Origin: the human T2T-CHM13v2.0 reference genome, Homo sapiens
DNA: 64,000 nucleotides
Assembly (NCBI RefSeq): GCF_009914755.1
Contig: NC_060926.1
Reading direction: 5' to 3' (one strand)
Under the pieces are notes generated by a model. It ran no database searches and was not told where the DNA came from. It worked only from the letters and a program-made list of their open reading frames with translations. Shown one piece after another: positions 27,879-41,485 of this stretch (position 1 is the stretch's first letter; each line of letters opens with the position of its first letter). The position numbers and the translations under genes were made by a program.

Positions 27879-30342
27879 GTGAGTCACCTCCACCTCCTGG
27901 CCCAGTGGCAGGGAGTGGCCACAGCCCGAGCACAGACCTGGCCTCGGCCCTCGTGGGGGCTGACTTGGGCTGCTGGAATTGAAATACATGGGGAGAGCTT
28001 ATGGCTTCACTGGCGGGACGTCATGAAGTCACTGTGGGCGTCCCCACACTGGGGGGCTGAAAGTAGGTTGAGGTTGATGGAGACATTTCCAGAACTCTTT
28101 ATCTGCCATTCTAGGCACAGGGATACAGCAGGGAATTGAGCAAAGACCCTGTCCTTGAGGCGATTCTAGTCTTAGTGGGAGAGAGAAGCAATAAACCAGT
28201 GGAAAACAGGCAGGTAAAGATGGGTGCATGCATTAGTGTGTGTTTGTATGGGGTCAGTTTAGGTCATGAAGAAAGGCCTCTGTGAATAGGAGACCTGGAC
28301 CCTGAGAAGGATTCAGCCTTGTGATGATCTGAGGAATGAGGACAGGTGGGGCCCTGGGGAGAGAGGGAGGCCAGGTGAGTGCTGTGAGGTGGAGGAGCAG
28401 TGAGTGTCCCAGTCGCTGGAGAGGCCAGCGTAGCTGTAGCAGAGAGAGGGTGTGAGTGAGAGGTGTGGTCAGAGGGGGCCGGCTCCGGTCAAGGGTGTGA
28501 TTCTATGTAGACACATTGAGAAGCCATTGGAGTATTTTTAGACAGGGGATGGAGGTGATCTGATTTTCACTTTAAAAACGCCACCCTGGCGGCTATGTGG
28601 AGTCAGATGGGGCAGACGCAGTGGCGGAAATGGAGAAAGAGTCAGTTGTTGCCTATTAAAGGCACACAGTGGCTTGAGCCACTGAAGGTGGCAGCAGTGA
28701 GCTGGAGGGGCTATTCTGAAGGTAAGGCCGGCTGGAAATGCCTTTGAAGGGGGTGGGAGCAGATGGGGCCTGGGTTTCAGCCTGAGCAGCCAGGTGAATG
28801 GTGGCAATGAACCTGAGTTCTGTCTTGGCGTGAGTTTGTACAAGATGCCCACGAGACAGTCAAGTCGCCTGTGTTCATTTGCATGGACAGGCCTTGAGTC
28901 CCAGGAGAGGTGGAGGCTCTAGGTATACATTTAAGACACACTGGCTTACAGATGACTTATATTAAAGCCGTGAGACCAGCTGCGGGTGGCTACGAGGAGA
29001 GGAAAGTGCCAAGGTTTGGGCCTGGGGACCTCCAATCTTCAGAGATCCAGAGGAGGCGACTGAGATGGAATGGGTGGGAAGGAAGGAAAGGACAGTGGAG
29101 AATCTGGGAAACCCAGCATTGTCGCTCTTTCTCATAGTCCCCACCTGTCCATCAGTAAGCACGGCTTCATCCTGAATCCAGCCTCGCTCACCCTCTCTGT
29201 GGCTGCCGCCTCACCGGGGCACCATTCTTGCCCTGTTCCCCACATCCCTGAGAACTTGGACTCCGATTGCATCTCTTCCCTGCTCAGAGCCCTGCCGCGG
29301 CTTCCCATCAGTCGCTCACTCCACCCCTTCCCGGGGGCCCAGCCTGCCTCCTGGTCCCACCTGCTTGCTCTGTCCCAGCCCACTGTCCCCCTCAGCAATC
29401 TTGGTCCCACCTGGGCATCCCACACTTGCTGTTCCTTCCCTGTGGCATGCTCTTGCCAAAGACATTTGTGTGGCTTGCTCCCTTATGTCCTTCAGGTTTT
29501 GGGTCACTCATCATCTCCTCAGCAAGACCTTCTTGTTACTGTGTGTAAGACAGCTCCCACCCTCCGGGCCCCTATCCTATGCCCTTTATCTTTAGGCACC
29601 AGGAATTAGGGTCTGTGATTGTTCCCTTTAAGTGTGTCTCCCCCAGCTAGGGTGTAAGCTCCATGAGGCCAGGCATGGTGAGTGAGTCCTTTTCCCGATG
29701 TCCCATAGCATCTGAAGCTGAAGTCAACAGTCTGCCAACCTATATTGAGGGAATAGTTGAGGAATGGGTGAATGTTGATAAGAAGCAGTGAAAAAAAGCA
29801 TTCCCAAGGAGAGGGGCTGATCCCAAGGAGAGGGGCTGATCAACTGTGCCAGTGTGGCCGGGAGTTGAGTGGAGGGAAGACTGGACCCTGACCATTGGGT
29901 TTGGCCATGGGAAGCGGCTGGCAACCTTGATGATGATGTATGTGAAGATTGGAGATAAAAGTCATATTGGAGTGGGTTAGAGAGATTGGAGGTGAAGAGA
30001 CAGTATGGCCCGTGCAGACAGCTCTGGGTAGGGGTTAGTTCTGGAAGGAGATGTGGACTCAAAGGAAAGTTTTTAAAGATGAGAGAGATAACGGCTAATC
30101 TAATTAAATTCTAATTTGATTAGCTAATTCAAGTAGTGAATTCTGATTAAATGCATCCAATCAAAGAGGGAGATATAAGCTAATTTAATCAAATTCTGGC
30201 ACGGCCCACAGAGCAGGTGTCATGAACCCCGTGTTATGCATCAGGAAACCATGGGAGATAGCTCAGGGCCGCACAGCTGGTGCTGGGTAGAGCTGGGCTG
30301 GAACCCACCTTCTAAATGGAAGCCTGACGCACTTTCTTCCAG

Positions 30343-30371
30343 CACATCAAATACGAAATCCGGACGTATAA
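30343..30371 (+). CDS. GREB1: Alternative terminal exon (coding part) of isoform GREB1b: AHQIRNPDV*
   Basis: Branch-like ctgac, then tttcttccag|CACAT; phase 1 with exon 10; 448+9 = 457 aa, the recalled GREB1b length. Confidence 0.87.
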
Positions 30372-30905
30372 ACCAGACAATTCATAAAAGAGAAAATACC
30401 AGAAGGAAACAAATATTGAAAAGTATTCAGTCTCACTCATCATCAAAGACATGCAAATCACAAATCAAGTCATCTTTTTCTGAATTAATAACCCAAATGA
30501 TGGTACCCAGTGGTGCTTAGGTGCGGTAAAACCAGCGCTTGTCCGATGCACCGTTCGCGTGGTAAACTGACGCATTCAGGCTCTTGGGAAGCAATCTGAT
30601 GATATGTAGTAGCTGGTTCTGTAAATCCACCTTTGAGAATTTAGGCGAAGGAAGTAACGTTCTATATGTCAAGATGTGCATTGCAGAGGGATTTATAAAG
30701 GTGAATATTTGGAAGAAATAAGAGAATCCACAATAGAGACCTTGCTAAGTAAACGGTGGTGCTCACGTATGATGGGACATTATGGACACACTAACAGCAC
30801 TCTTTATGTTGGCTGAAAATGGCACTGAAACTGATGATAGGGTCATGGTTAAGGAAAGAATGCAAGACCCAAAGTTTATACTGACAATCATTGCAGCTAT
30901 TTGTA
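30365..30905 (+). mobile_element. Ancient L1M(E) 3' fragment; resumes at about 31500-31600
   Basis: AGACAATTCATAAAAGAGAAAATAC...CTCACTCATCATCAAAGACATGCAAAT resembles old L1 ORF2 3' sequence. Confidence 0.6.
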
Positions 30906-31457
30906 AGGACAGTTTTAATACTAATTCCAGCAATACATGTTTTTATTCCCTGTCCTGGAGTAGGAGAAAGCCTATATTCCCAGGCTGAATGTTCTACACA
31001 TTTACCACTGTATATGCACATAGGGACAGTGTAACCTGTCTATACCACCGTAGTTCCAGTCCTAACTTTCTGAATTCTGTTTAAAGACCTTCTCTAACAA
31101 GCTATGGGAATTTGGCTTCCTACTTTTTTTTTTCTTTTTTTTTTTTTTTTAACAACAGCAGTGTTTTGGGTGATAATTCTGGATTGATACTTATTCCTTT
31201 TTCTGGGTTTTGTTGGCTTTTTGAAAAATTGTCTTTCCAACTTATAATTGGTGAGTGGCTTGGTAGCAAAGTAAGATTTTTTTTTTTTTTTTTAAAAAGA
31301 GGACAGAAAAATTGAACTGCAGCTTGAGGACATATTCTTTTTTCCTACTTTGTCATTGAAAATTGAGGAATCACGTTTAACTGTTTTAGGTGTGTGTGGC
31401 CAAAGAGTGAGCAAGGACTATGTTTCTGGATTGTCAAAGAGGATGCTTAATCTTAAA

Positions 31458-31463
31458 AATAAA
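31458..31463 (+). terminator. AATAAA, candidate poly(A) signal of GREB1b
   Basis: AATAAA about 1.1 kb after the GREB1b stop, followed about 28 nt later by an A-run. Confidence 0.5.
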
Positions 31464-31722
31464 GATAAATGTACAAATCATCTTATAATTAAAAAAAAAC
31501 TTTCATATGGAAAAAAAGACTGAGAAATACACGTAAATAGCGTGGCTCTGTTAGGACGGTGGTGAGATTGTGGCGGATTTTATGCCCTCCCCTCGTGCTC
31601 CAGCCATCTGTGATACGATTTCACAGTAATAACTTAGGTGGGTACTTTCACATCACTGCACCCGTGCGTCCCCGGATGCCGCTGGCATTTGTGGCAGGCC
31701 CTCCGCCCGCATTGTGTTGCAG

Positions 31723-32073
31723 CCGCGGACCAGGTGCCCTTGATGGAGGACCTGGAGCAGATCTTCCTGCGCTCTTGGCGCGAGTCGCACCTGACCGAGA
31801 TCCGGCAGTACCAGCAGGCGCCGCCGCAGCCCTTCCCGCCCGCGCCCAGCGCCGCGGCACCCGTGACCTCCGCGCAGCTGCCCTGGCTGGCCAGCCTGGC
31901 CGCCAGCTCCTGCAACGACAGCGTGCACGTCATCGAGTGTGCTTACTCCCTGGCCGAGGGCCTCTCCGAGATGTTCCGGCTGTTGGTCGAGGGCAAGCTT
32001 GCCAAGACCAACTACGTGGTCATCATCTGCGCCTGCCGCAGCGCGGCCATCGACTCCTGCATCGCCGTCACCG
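31723..32073 (+). CDS. GREB1: GREB1 exon 11 (351 bp): AADQVPLMEDLEQIFLRSW...DSCIAVT; CpG-rich
   Basis: gcag|CCGCG, ACCG|gtgag. Confidence 0.97.
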
Positions 32074-32382
32074 GTGAGCTCTGGGCCGCGCGGCTGCGGG
32101 AAAGCCCCCTGAACGGTGTTCCCGGTCCCCTCCTTTGGTGGTTCTCTCCCTGTCTAGGGTGGCCCGGGTTTGCAGCAGCAGTTAGCACCTGCGGTTTGTG
32201 CTCAGTAGCTGGCTTCAGAAGGCAGCCTTGACTAGTGACTTAGTTACAATCTCATCCCTGCTCTGAGTGGCTGGTGAGGTTAGCCCTGGGGTCAGCTTGG
32301 GAATGTGGAAAGACCCTGTTGAAAACCTGGCTCCACCACGTGGGTGGTCACTCACACCAGGATGGCCCTGTTTCTTCACTGA

Positions 32383-33935
<1,553 letters not shown>

Positions 33936-34193
33936 CTTTTTTTTTTTTTTTAAATAAATTATTTACCTTGATGTGAGTGGGACTTGCAGTAGTAGACCCT
34001 GAGCCTCTGCCATGTGTCAGGCACCATTGTCTTGTGTCACCTGACAGCAGGCCTGGGAGGTAGATCCAGCTGTTAGCCACAGATTCCAGATGGGAAATGT
34101 CAAGTCTAGAAGGGTTAAGGGACTAGTCTAGGGCTACACAGCCCGTAAGCAGGGAAGATACAATGGGTACTGTGAAATCTGTTTGCTTTCCAG

Positions 34194-34322
34194 GAAAATA
34201 CCAAGCCCGGATTCTTTCCGAGAGCCTTCTCACTCCTGCGGAGTACCAGAAGGAAGTCAATTACGAGCTGGTTACGGGGAAGGTAGACTCGCTGGGGGCC
34301 TTCTTTAGCACCCTCTGTCCAG
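34194..34322 (+). CDS. GREB1: GREB1 exon 12 (129 bp): GKYQARILSES...FFSTLCP
   Basis: ccag|GAAAA, CCAG|gtagg. Confidence 0.96.
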
Positions 34323-35053
34323 GTAGGCTTGTCGTGAGACAGGTGCACATGCGTATGTTAATAGGACAGTAATCAGTGCCGGGGGAGGTCATCTCTGCCT
34401 CACCCTGCCTGTGACCTGCTAAGGCTGGCCTCCACTGCAGAGTGCCCCTCATTCTGTGCACTTGCACTTCTGTCCCTTTCTTTTCTTGAGTGACAGCTGC
34501 GGGTTCTGGCTGGCCATCTCTTCCTGCTTGAGCTGTAGAGTTCTCCTGAGAGGTGGAGGGCACCTTGTGGGTTCTTCTTCATGGGGTACACAAGGCCCTT
34601 GTGCCTGTTCCTCTCCACCTTTCCAGCCTTGGTGGCCTCTCTTCCCTGTCTCCCCTTTTTGCTGGAGAGTTCCGCATCCCTCGTGCTCTGGGCTGTGAGC
34701 ATCCTTCTCCCTTGTTGGCCTAGCTACCCACCCCTCAAGACTCATCTCATGTCCCCCTAGAAAGCTTCTCAGACCCTTCGTTTTCCAGATGGGCTTGGGA
34801 CCTTCCCCTTCATCCTTTACCATGTTGTTCTTCCTTCTGCCCTAGCACCTGCTATGTCTGTGTGGGGGGAGCTCACTCTGGCAGTGTGTCTTCATCCTGA
34901 CTAGGCTGAGACCCCTTGACAGGACGGGCCATGTCCTCCTCTTTACCTTCATGACTCCAGGCCTCGGGACAGTACCTGACACTAACTGCGCTGTAGATGT
35001 TTGCTGAATTTCACTGACATCAAAAACCCATTTGTTTATTCTGTCTTGGGCAG

Positions 35054-35182
35054 AGGGTGACATTGACATTTTGCTGGACAAATTTCACCAGGAAAATCAA
35101 GGCCATATTTCTTCCTCACTCGCTGCCTCTTCTGTCACTAAAGCAGCATCCCTGGATGTCAGTGGGACACCGGTGTGCACAA
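35054..35182 (+). CDS. GREB1: GREB1 exon 13 (129 bp): EGDIDILLDKF...SGTPVCT
   Basis: gcag|AGGGT, ACAA|gtgagt. Confidence 0.95.
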
Positions 35183-35245
35183 GTGAGTGGTGAAAAGGAA
35201 TCTCCCAGGGTGGAGAGGGTACAAAGTAGTGATGAGGGGCAGGGT

Positions 35246-36065
35246 CAGTGGGCGCAGGTGTGCACAGTGAGAGGGGCCATGGCGCAAGTGTGCACAGTGA
35301 GGGGGCAGGGGCACAGATGTGTATAGTGAGGGGGGACGGGGCACAGGTGTGTACAGTGAGAGGTGGCAGGGACGCAGGTGTGCACAGTGAGGGGGGTGGG
35401 GGCACAGGTATGCACAGTGAGGGGGTGGGGGCACAGGTGTGCACAGTGAGGGGGTGGGGGCACAGGTGTGCACAGTGAGGGGGTGGGGGCACAGGTGTGC
35501 ACAGTGAGAAGGGGTGGGGGCACCAGTGTGTACAGTGACGGGGGTGGGGCACTGGTGTGTACAGTAAGAGGGGGCGGGGCTGCAGGTGTATACAGTGAGA
35601 GTAGGTGGGGGCACAGGTGTGTACAGTGAGGGGGTGGGGCACAGGTGTGTACAGTGAGAGAGGGTAGGGCACTGGTTTGTACAGTGAGAGGGGGTGGGGG
35701 CGCAGGTGTACACAGTGAGGGGGGTGGGGCACTGGTGTGTAAAGTGACAGGGGGCAGGATTGCAGGTGTGTACAGTGAAAGGGGGCAGGGTCACTGGTGT
35801 GTACAGTGAGAGGGGTGGGGGCACCGGTGTGTACAGTGAGAGTGGTGGGGGCACCAGTGTGTACAGTGAGAGGGGGCGGGGGCGCAGGTGTGCACCGTGA
35901 GAGTGGGCAGGGGCACAGATATGCTCAGTGACATGGGGCAGTGGGCATAGCTGTGTGCAGTGAGAGGCGCCAATGGGCACAGGTGTGCACCGTGAGAGAG
36001 GGCAGTGGGCACAGGTGTGCTAAGTGGGTGCTGAGGGGACAGAGGGCTCATGTGTGCTCGGTGGG
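35246..36065 (+). repeat. G-rich minisatellite, about 26 units of 29-31 bp (GGGGGCACAGGTGTG(C/T)ACAGTGAG(A)GGGGGT)
   Basis: Read directly; produces the repetitive ORFs at 35097-35980. Confidence 0.95.
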
Positions 36066-36724
36066 CGATGAGAGGGCACTGGCGAGGGCCTCGGTCTGGC
36101 CTGGGAGGCAGCATCCAAGGACTCAGATTGGAGGTAGCAATGTCAGAGGCACATCCACAAGACAGGACATCTTTTAGTGTCACAGTAGACCTGATACCTA
36201 ATTTAAAATTCAGTCTTTAATTATGACAATCTCATTTAATCTTGAATTGCACATCCATCACTGTCTCTGAGGTGATAGATTTTTCTATGCCAATTTCCTG
36301 CCTCTGAGTCTGTTGCTGATGTTTTTTATTCATACAGAGTTCCTAAATGACTGTCGTGTTAGTTTTCTTTTCTGGAGAGTTTGCAGTCCTCTTCCAGAGT
36401 CCAGTCTCAGCATCACCTCCCCTGGGATAGGCTCCTTGTCCCCTCTAAGCAGAAGAGACCACTGCCTCCACTGTGCTCCCCAAGTGCTTGGTTCTTATTT
36501 TTATTATTAAGTGAAAGATGGTGCATAAAATGATTGCTACCCCCACACCCGCCACTGCTTAGCTGAGAGCAGGGACTTGATAAACGTGAGTTATTCCCCT
36601 TTCCCTCATCGCTTTGTGAATGGGGCCGTCTCCCCTGGACAGGTCTCACTGATTCTCTGGCCAAGGGCCTGGCAGTAGCCGTGTGCCCTGGAGCTCACCT
36701 GGCATCCTGGGGCTCTGGTTCCAG

Positions 36725-36922
36725 GTTACAATCTGGAGCCACACAGCATCCGGCCCTTCCAGCTGGCAGTAGCGCAGAAGCTCCTCTCCCATGTGTGTTC
36801 CATTGCGGATTCCAGCACCCAAAATCTGGACCTGGGATCCTTTGAGAAGGTGGACTTTCTCATTTGCATTCCCCCCTCAGAAGTGACCTACCAGCAGACT
36901 CTGCTCCACGTGTGGCATTCAG
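36725..36922 (+). CDS. GREB1: GREB1 exon 14 (198 bp): SYNLEPHSIRPF...LLHVWHS
   Basis: ccag|GTTAC, TCAG|gtatg. Confidence 0.95.
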
Positions 36923-37623
36923 GTATGGGGCATTTTGGGGAGAAGTCACGTGTGGAGAAGCTTTGATCTGCCGAAATCCATGTGTGGGTGTTGACACTGT
37001 TCTTTGCTATAGAGTGAATAGGGCAAGTATTGCTGCTCTTGTTTTATAGATTGTGAAACTGATGTTCAGAGACAGTGACTTGCCCAAGATTTTAGGATCT
37101 GTTGAAGGTAGAGCCAAAACTTGAACTTTCACCATGTCCCACTCAGGCTAGTGACCTAACCACATGTTGCTATCTAGCGTCACTGATATCCTTGTGCTTT
37201 CAAGGATATCATATTTAACCACAGAGTACACAGATGTCCGGTGTCTTCACTGAAAGGACTCACTCTTTAGTGGTGTCATGTATCGCCCTGTGGCATTCAG
37301 ACTGAGAGAGGGATTTTGCTGCTGGCAGGACCTTTCGGTTCCCTCTGTCTTACCATGCTTGGGATCAGCTGCTTCATGAAGCTGGTGCCCCTCGGGAGGG
37401 CTGCTGTACACACAGCCAAGGCTTGCCTGCGCCCCAGCTCCTGTGCAGGACAGTTATGCAGCTGTAACCTGTGTGGGAGTTTTTTCCCTTCCTTTCCCTG
37501 CTCTTGCATCTCTGAGTCTAGCTCAGGACCTGCTGTGTAGGAGTCGCTCCTCAGGTGTCTGTTGAGTGAATGAAACCCAGTGTGCATGTTTGCAGTTACT
37601 GATGTATGTTCTTTGTGTTGCAG

Positions 37624-37804
37624 GGGTTTTGCTGGAGCTTGGTCTGAAGAAAGAGCACATGACGAAGCAGAGGGTGGAACAGTATGTTCTGAAGCTAGAC
37701 ACGGAGGCACAGACAAAATTTAAGGCTTTTCTGCAAAACTCCTTCCAGAACCCGCATACACTTTTTGTCCTAATCCATGACCATGCGCACTGGGATCTTG
37801 TGAG
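37624..37804 (+). CDS. GREB1: GREB1 exon 15 (181 bp): GVLLELGLKKEH...LFVLIHDHAHWDLV
   Basis: gcag|GGGTT, TGAG|gttaga. Confidence 0.94.
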
Positions 37805-38278
37805 GTTAGATTGACTTGATATATGACAAGTTGACATTTTCCTTCTTTGAAGTGATGTATGTGGATGTTCCCGGGGGCTGAGGGTACAAATCCTGAAAAG
37901 ATGGATGATGTTTGGGCTTGGTGTTTCTAAGCAGATGCCATGGAGGTTTCCCACAATCTTGAGCTGGAAGTTATCTCAGGGATTATCCAGTGTGACCTCT
38001 GAAATTTACCATGGTGGAATTTAAGGGCTGGAGAAGGGAAGCGTGTCTCCCAGAGTCACAGGGTGGGGTGGAGTGGGAGGGTGTTAGTGGCAGAGCTGAG
38101 ACCCCGAATCACAGCCTGATGCCTGATGTGTTTCTTTCATAGTCCACTCAGCAACAAGGAGCCATGCTGGTGTGGGGTGCGGAGGGTCCTAGCAGGAGTA
38201 GCTCAGCTTAGCCCTTCCCTGAAAGAGGCTCCGTGGGGGCTCTGGTACCGTGGGTCACCACTGATGCCTGCCCTTCTT

Positions 38279-38760
<482 letters not shown>

Positions 38761-39742
38761 CTGATGCCTGCCCTTCTTAAGGGGTGATTTGACTCACTCA
38801 GTTAAAATGAACATAAACCCAGATGAATTTCAGATGGGCCAAGCCAAGCGCCTGGCAGGATTTCTGGTGGTTTACCGGGATTGGTCATCTCCGTGAGACT
38901 GGCCTAGGGGTTGTACCTTCAGACATTTCCACTGATGTAGATGAGGAAGGAGGGGGCTCCTGGGCCAGGTCGTGGAGAAAGCCTTTGATTGTCGCAGATC
39001 CACAGATAGCTAGTTAGGCTGGTCAGGACATGAAGGACCTCGTAAAGGGTTTACAATCCAGAATCCATGTGTGGGCTTGGGGGAAATCGGAACATTCCGA
39101 AATTATAGAAAGAGCTGTATTGTGAATATTCATTTTGGGAATAGGTTTCTCAGAGTGGCCTCCTGCCATCCAAAGGGTTAAGCACTGATTTTTTTTTTTA
39201 ATCCCCTAAACTTACAGGAGAGAATGCAAAGGCCTTTGTCCCACGGAAAAGTGCAGAGCTGGGCCTGTCTCCTAGACCCCTTGTCCAAAATGCTTCCCAA
39301 TCCTTTCCTGCTGCCTTTTAAACTGACTATAGAATTTACTCTTTTACATCTTTTCTGGATCATTTCAAGGTCAGAAGGACTGTGTAAGGAGATAAGTACA
39401 CAATCAGATGGGGCCAAAGAGGAACAAATGATTCATGGAACATCCCCAGGGTCATATCACTGTCCGATTGGGATAGAAGGAGTGTGTGTCTTGTAAGAAA
39501 TCCTCTCTGACTACCGTCCCACGCCAGACACATTTTTCCTAAGTAACGAATCTCAGGAGAGCCCCTGACAGCTACCTGAAGTCCAGCCTTTTTTATTTTC
39601 TCTATTCTTAGTCAGGGGCAGAGCCATAATCTTTAGTCGTTGGTAAAGTCAGGGGTTAGTTATAAATTTATTCAACTGCTTCACCTTGCAAAATTAGAAA
39701 ACAATATAGTAATTCCACTGATTGTGTCTTCTCCTCCCTCAG

Positions 39743-39938
39743 TAGCACTGTTCATAACCTCTATTCTCAAAGTGACCCGTCGGTGGGATTGGTGGACCGA
39801 TTGCTCAACTGCAGGGAGGTGAAGGAGGCCCCCAACATTGTGACACTTCACGTGACCTCCTTCCCGTATGCACTGCAGACACAGCACACCCTCATCAGCC
39901 CCTACAACGAGATCCACTGGCCTGCCTCCTGCAGTAAT
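39743..39938 (+). CDS. GREB1: GREB1 exon 16 (196 bp): SSTVHNLYSQSD...WPASCSN
   Basis: tcag|TAGCA, TAAT|gtgagt. Confidence 0.94.
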
Positions 39939-41348
39939 GTGAGTGCCACGGGGCTGCTGGGCCCTTGTGTAGCAATATCACTTGGGTTTGCAGAAATTAC
40001 ATTTAGTAAAAGCCTTGACCAGTGTGGTTGAGGATAATGGGTTCCAGCTCCTTGGATCTTTGGTTCAACCCAGAGTTAGGTTGTAAACCCTTCTTGGTCT
40101 TTTTGGTAACCTTCCTGCAGTACGCCAGTTGGCTTCCTCATCTCGGAAGATGTAATGCAGTTTGTGGGACATTTTCTCTGGTGACTGCCGCTTTCTGAGC
40201 AGCATGCGGAATGTTTGTTCTATGGCATTGAATGGAGATATTGAAGGTAGAGCCCTTAGGCGCTGGGGGCTTTGGGCTCCATACAGAGCAACGCTTAATG
40301 TCTCCAGAAGCCCTAGGAAGGTTCCTGTTTTCCCTATCCCTGCATCCTTAAGTAGTGAGATTCAGAATCTCCTTCCTCAAACTGAACACATATCCTCAAA
40401 ACTTGATGAGTTTTTAGCTTATCACCTGACATTTTCTCATCAAAATAGAAGACTAAAACAATCCTGGTAATTTGAGAATTCTGGGTGGTTTGTAGTTAGT
40501 TACACAAGAATAAGTAAACGTAAGAGATGAGACTTTTTTGGAGTGCCTCGCAATCCTCTGAGAAACTTTAAAAAATACCTGGCTTCCGTCCTGTGGACTG
40601 AGAATCCATGGTGGGGATAGCCATTGTTCATAAGGCACTTCCCATAGGCCAGGGAAGCCCTGCCCAAAGTGCTTCGTGCTGTGAGCTCATGCAAGAGGCA
40701 GGTGCTAGGATGAGTTCTCATCTACAAATGGGGAACATGAGACAAAGTGGCCAACAAGAGTTGGGCCACTTGGCTCAGGCCAGGCAGCTAGAAAGTCGTG
40801 GAGCTAGGATATGACCCAGGCCACTGGCTCCATGGCTCGGCCCTTAACCACTGTGCTATTTAGGAGTAGAGTTTTCATGCCTTAATATTTTCAACAAACT
40901 CCCCCAACTTTGGAATTTTATGTCTGTGTGAGTAAAATTGGCTAGGTAAATGTTTTCTTTGTCTATTGATTTTTAGTAGCAACTGAATGCAAAATAATTG
41001 ATTTGCCCATTCCTAAAACCAGCTTAAGATTGTAGAAAGAAGCAAATTTAACAAAGAAATGTATATGTTAAAATAAGATAAGGCTGATTTTCTTCTTGGT
41101 AAAAACATTGGGACCAAATGAATGGAAAACTCCTGAGCAATGGGGACACACCATTTTTAAAGTATGGGAGGTACTTTGCTCTGCTTCTGCAGATGGAAGA
41201 AGTTTATAAAATGCCATCCAAGCCACTGCACAGTGGGCACGATTTGGATGAAGTTGCCAACCCAGGTCATCCGCAGGCCTGGCACACGAACCTCTGACCG
41301 TCCCTGCGAATGCAGTGTTGGAGTGACCGACGCTCTTCTTTGTTTTAG

Positions 41349-41485
41349 GGAGTGGACTTATATCATGAAAATAAGAAGTACTTCGGGCTGTCGGAGTTTA
41401 TTGAATCCACCCTTTCAGGACACAGCCTCCCCTTGCTCAGATACGATAGCTCCTTTGAGGCCATGGTCACTGCATTAGGAAAAAG
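41349..41485 (+). CDS. GREB1: GREB1 exon 17 (137 bp): GVDLYHENKKYF...VTALGK
   Basis: ttag|GGAGT, AAAG|gtact. Confidence 0.95.

Noticed and set aside
29802-29841. 19-bp tandem duplication TCCCAAGGAGAGGGGCTGA x2
   Set aside because: Ordinary small slippage duplication in L2-like sequence
30095-30196. AT-rich imperfect inverted repeats (AATTTGATTA / TAATCAAATT)
   Set aside because: Stem too short and low-complexity to support a hairpin RNA or MITE call
35097-35980. 211-273 aa repetitive Cys/His/Pro ORFs
   Set aside because: Translation of the minisatellite's C-rich strand
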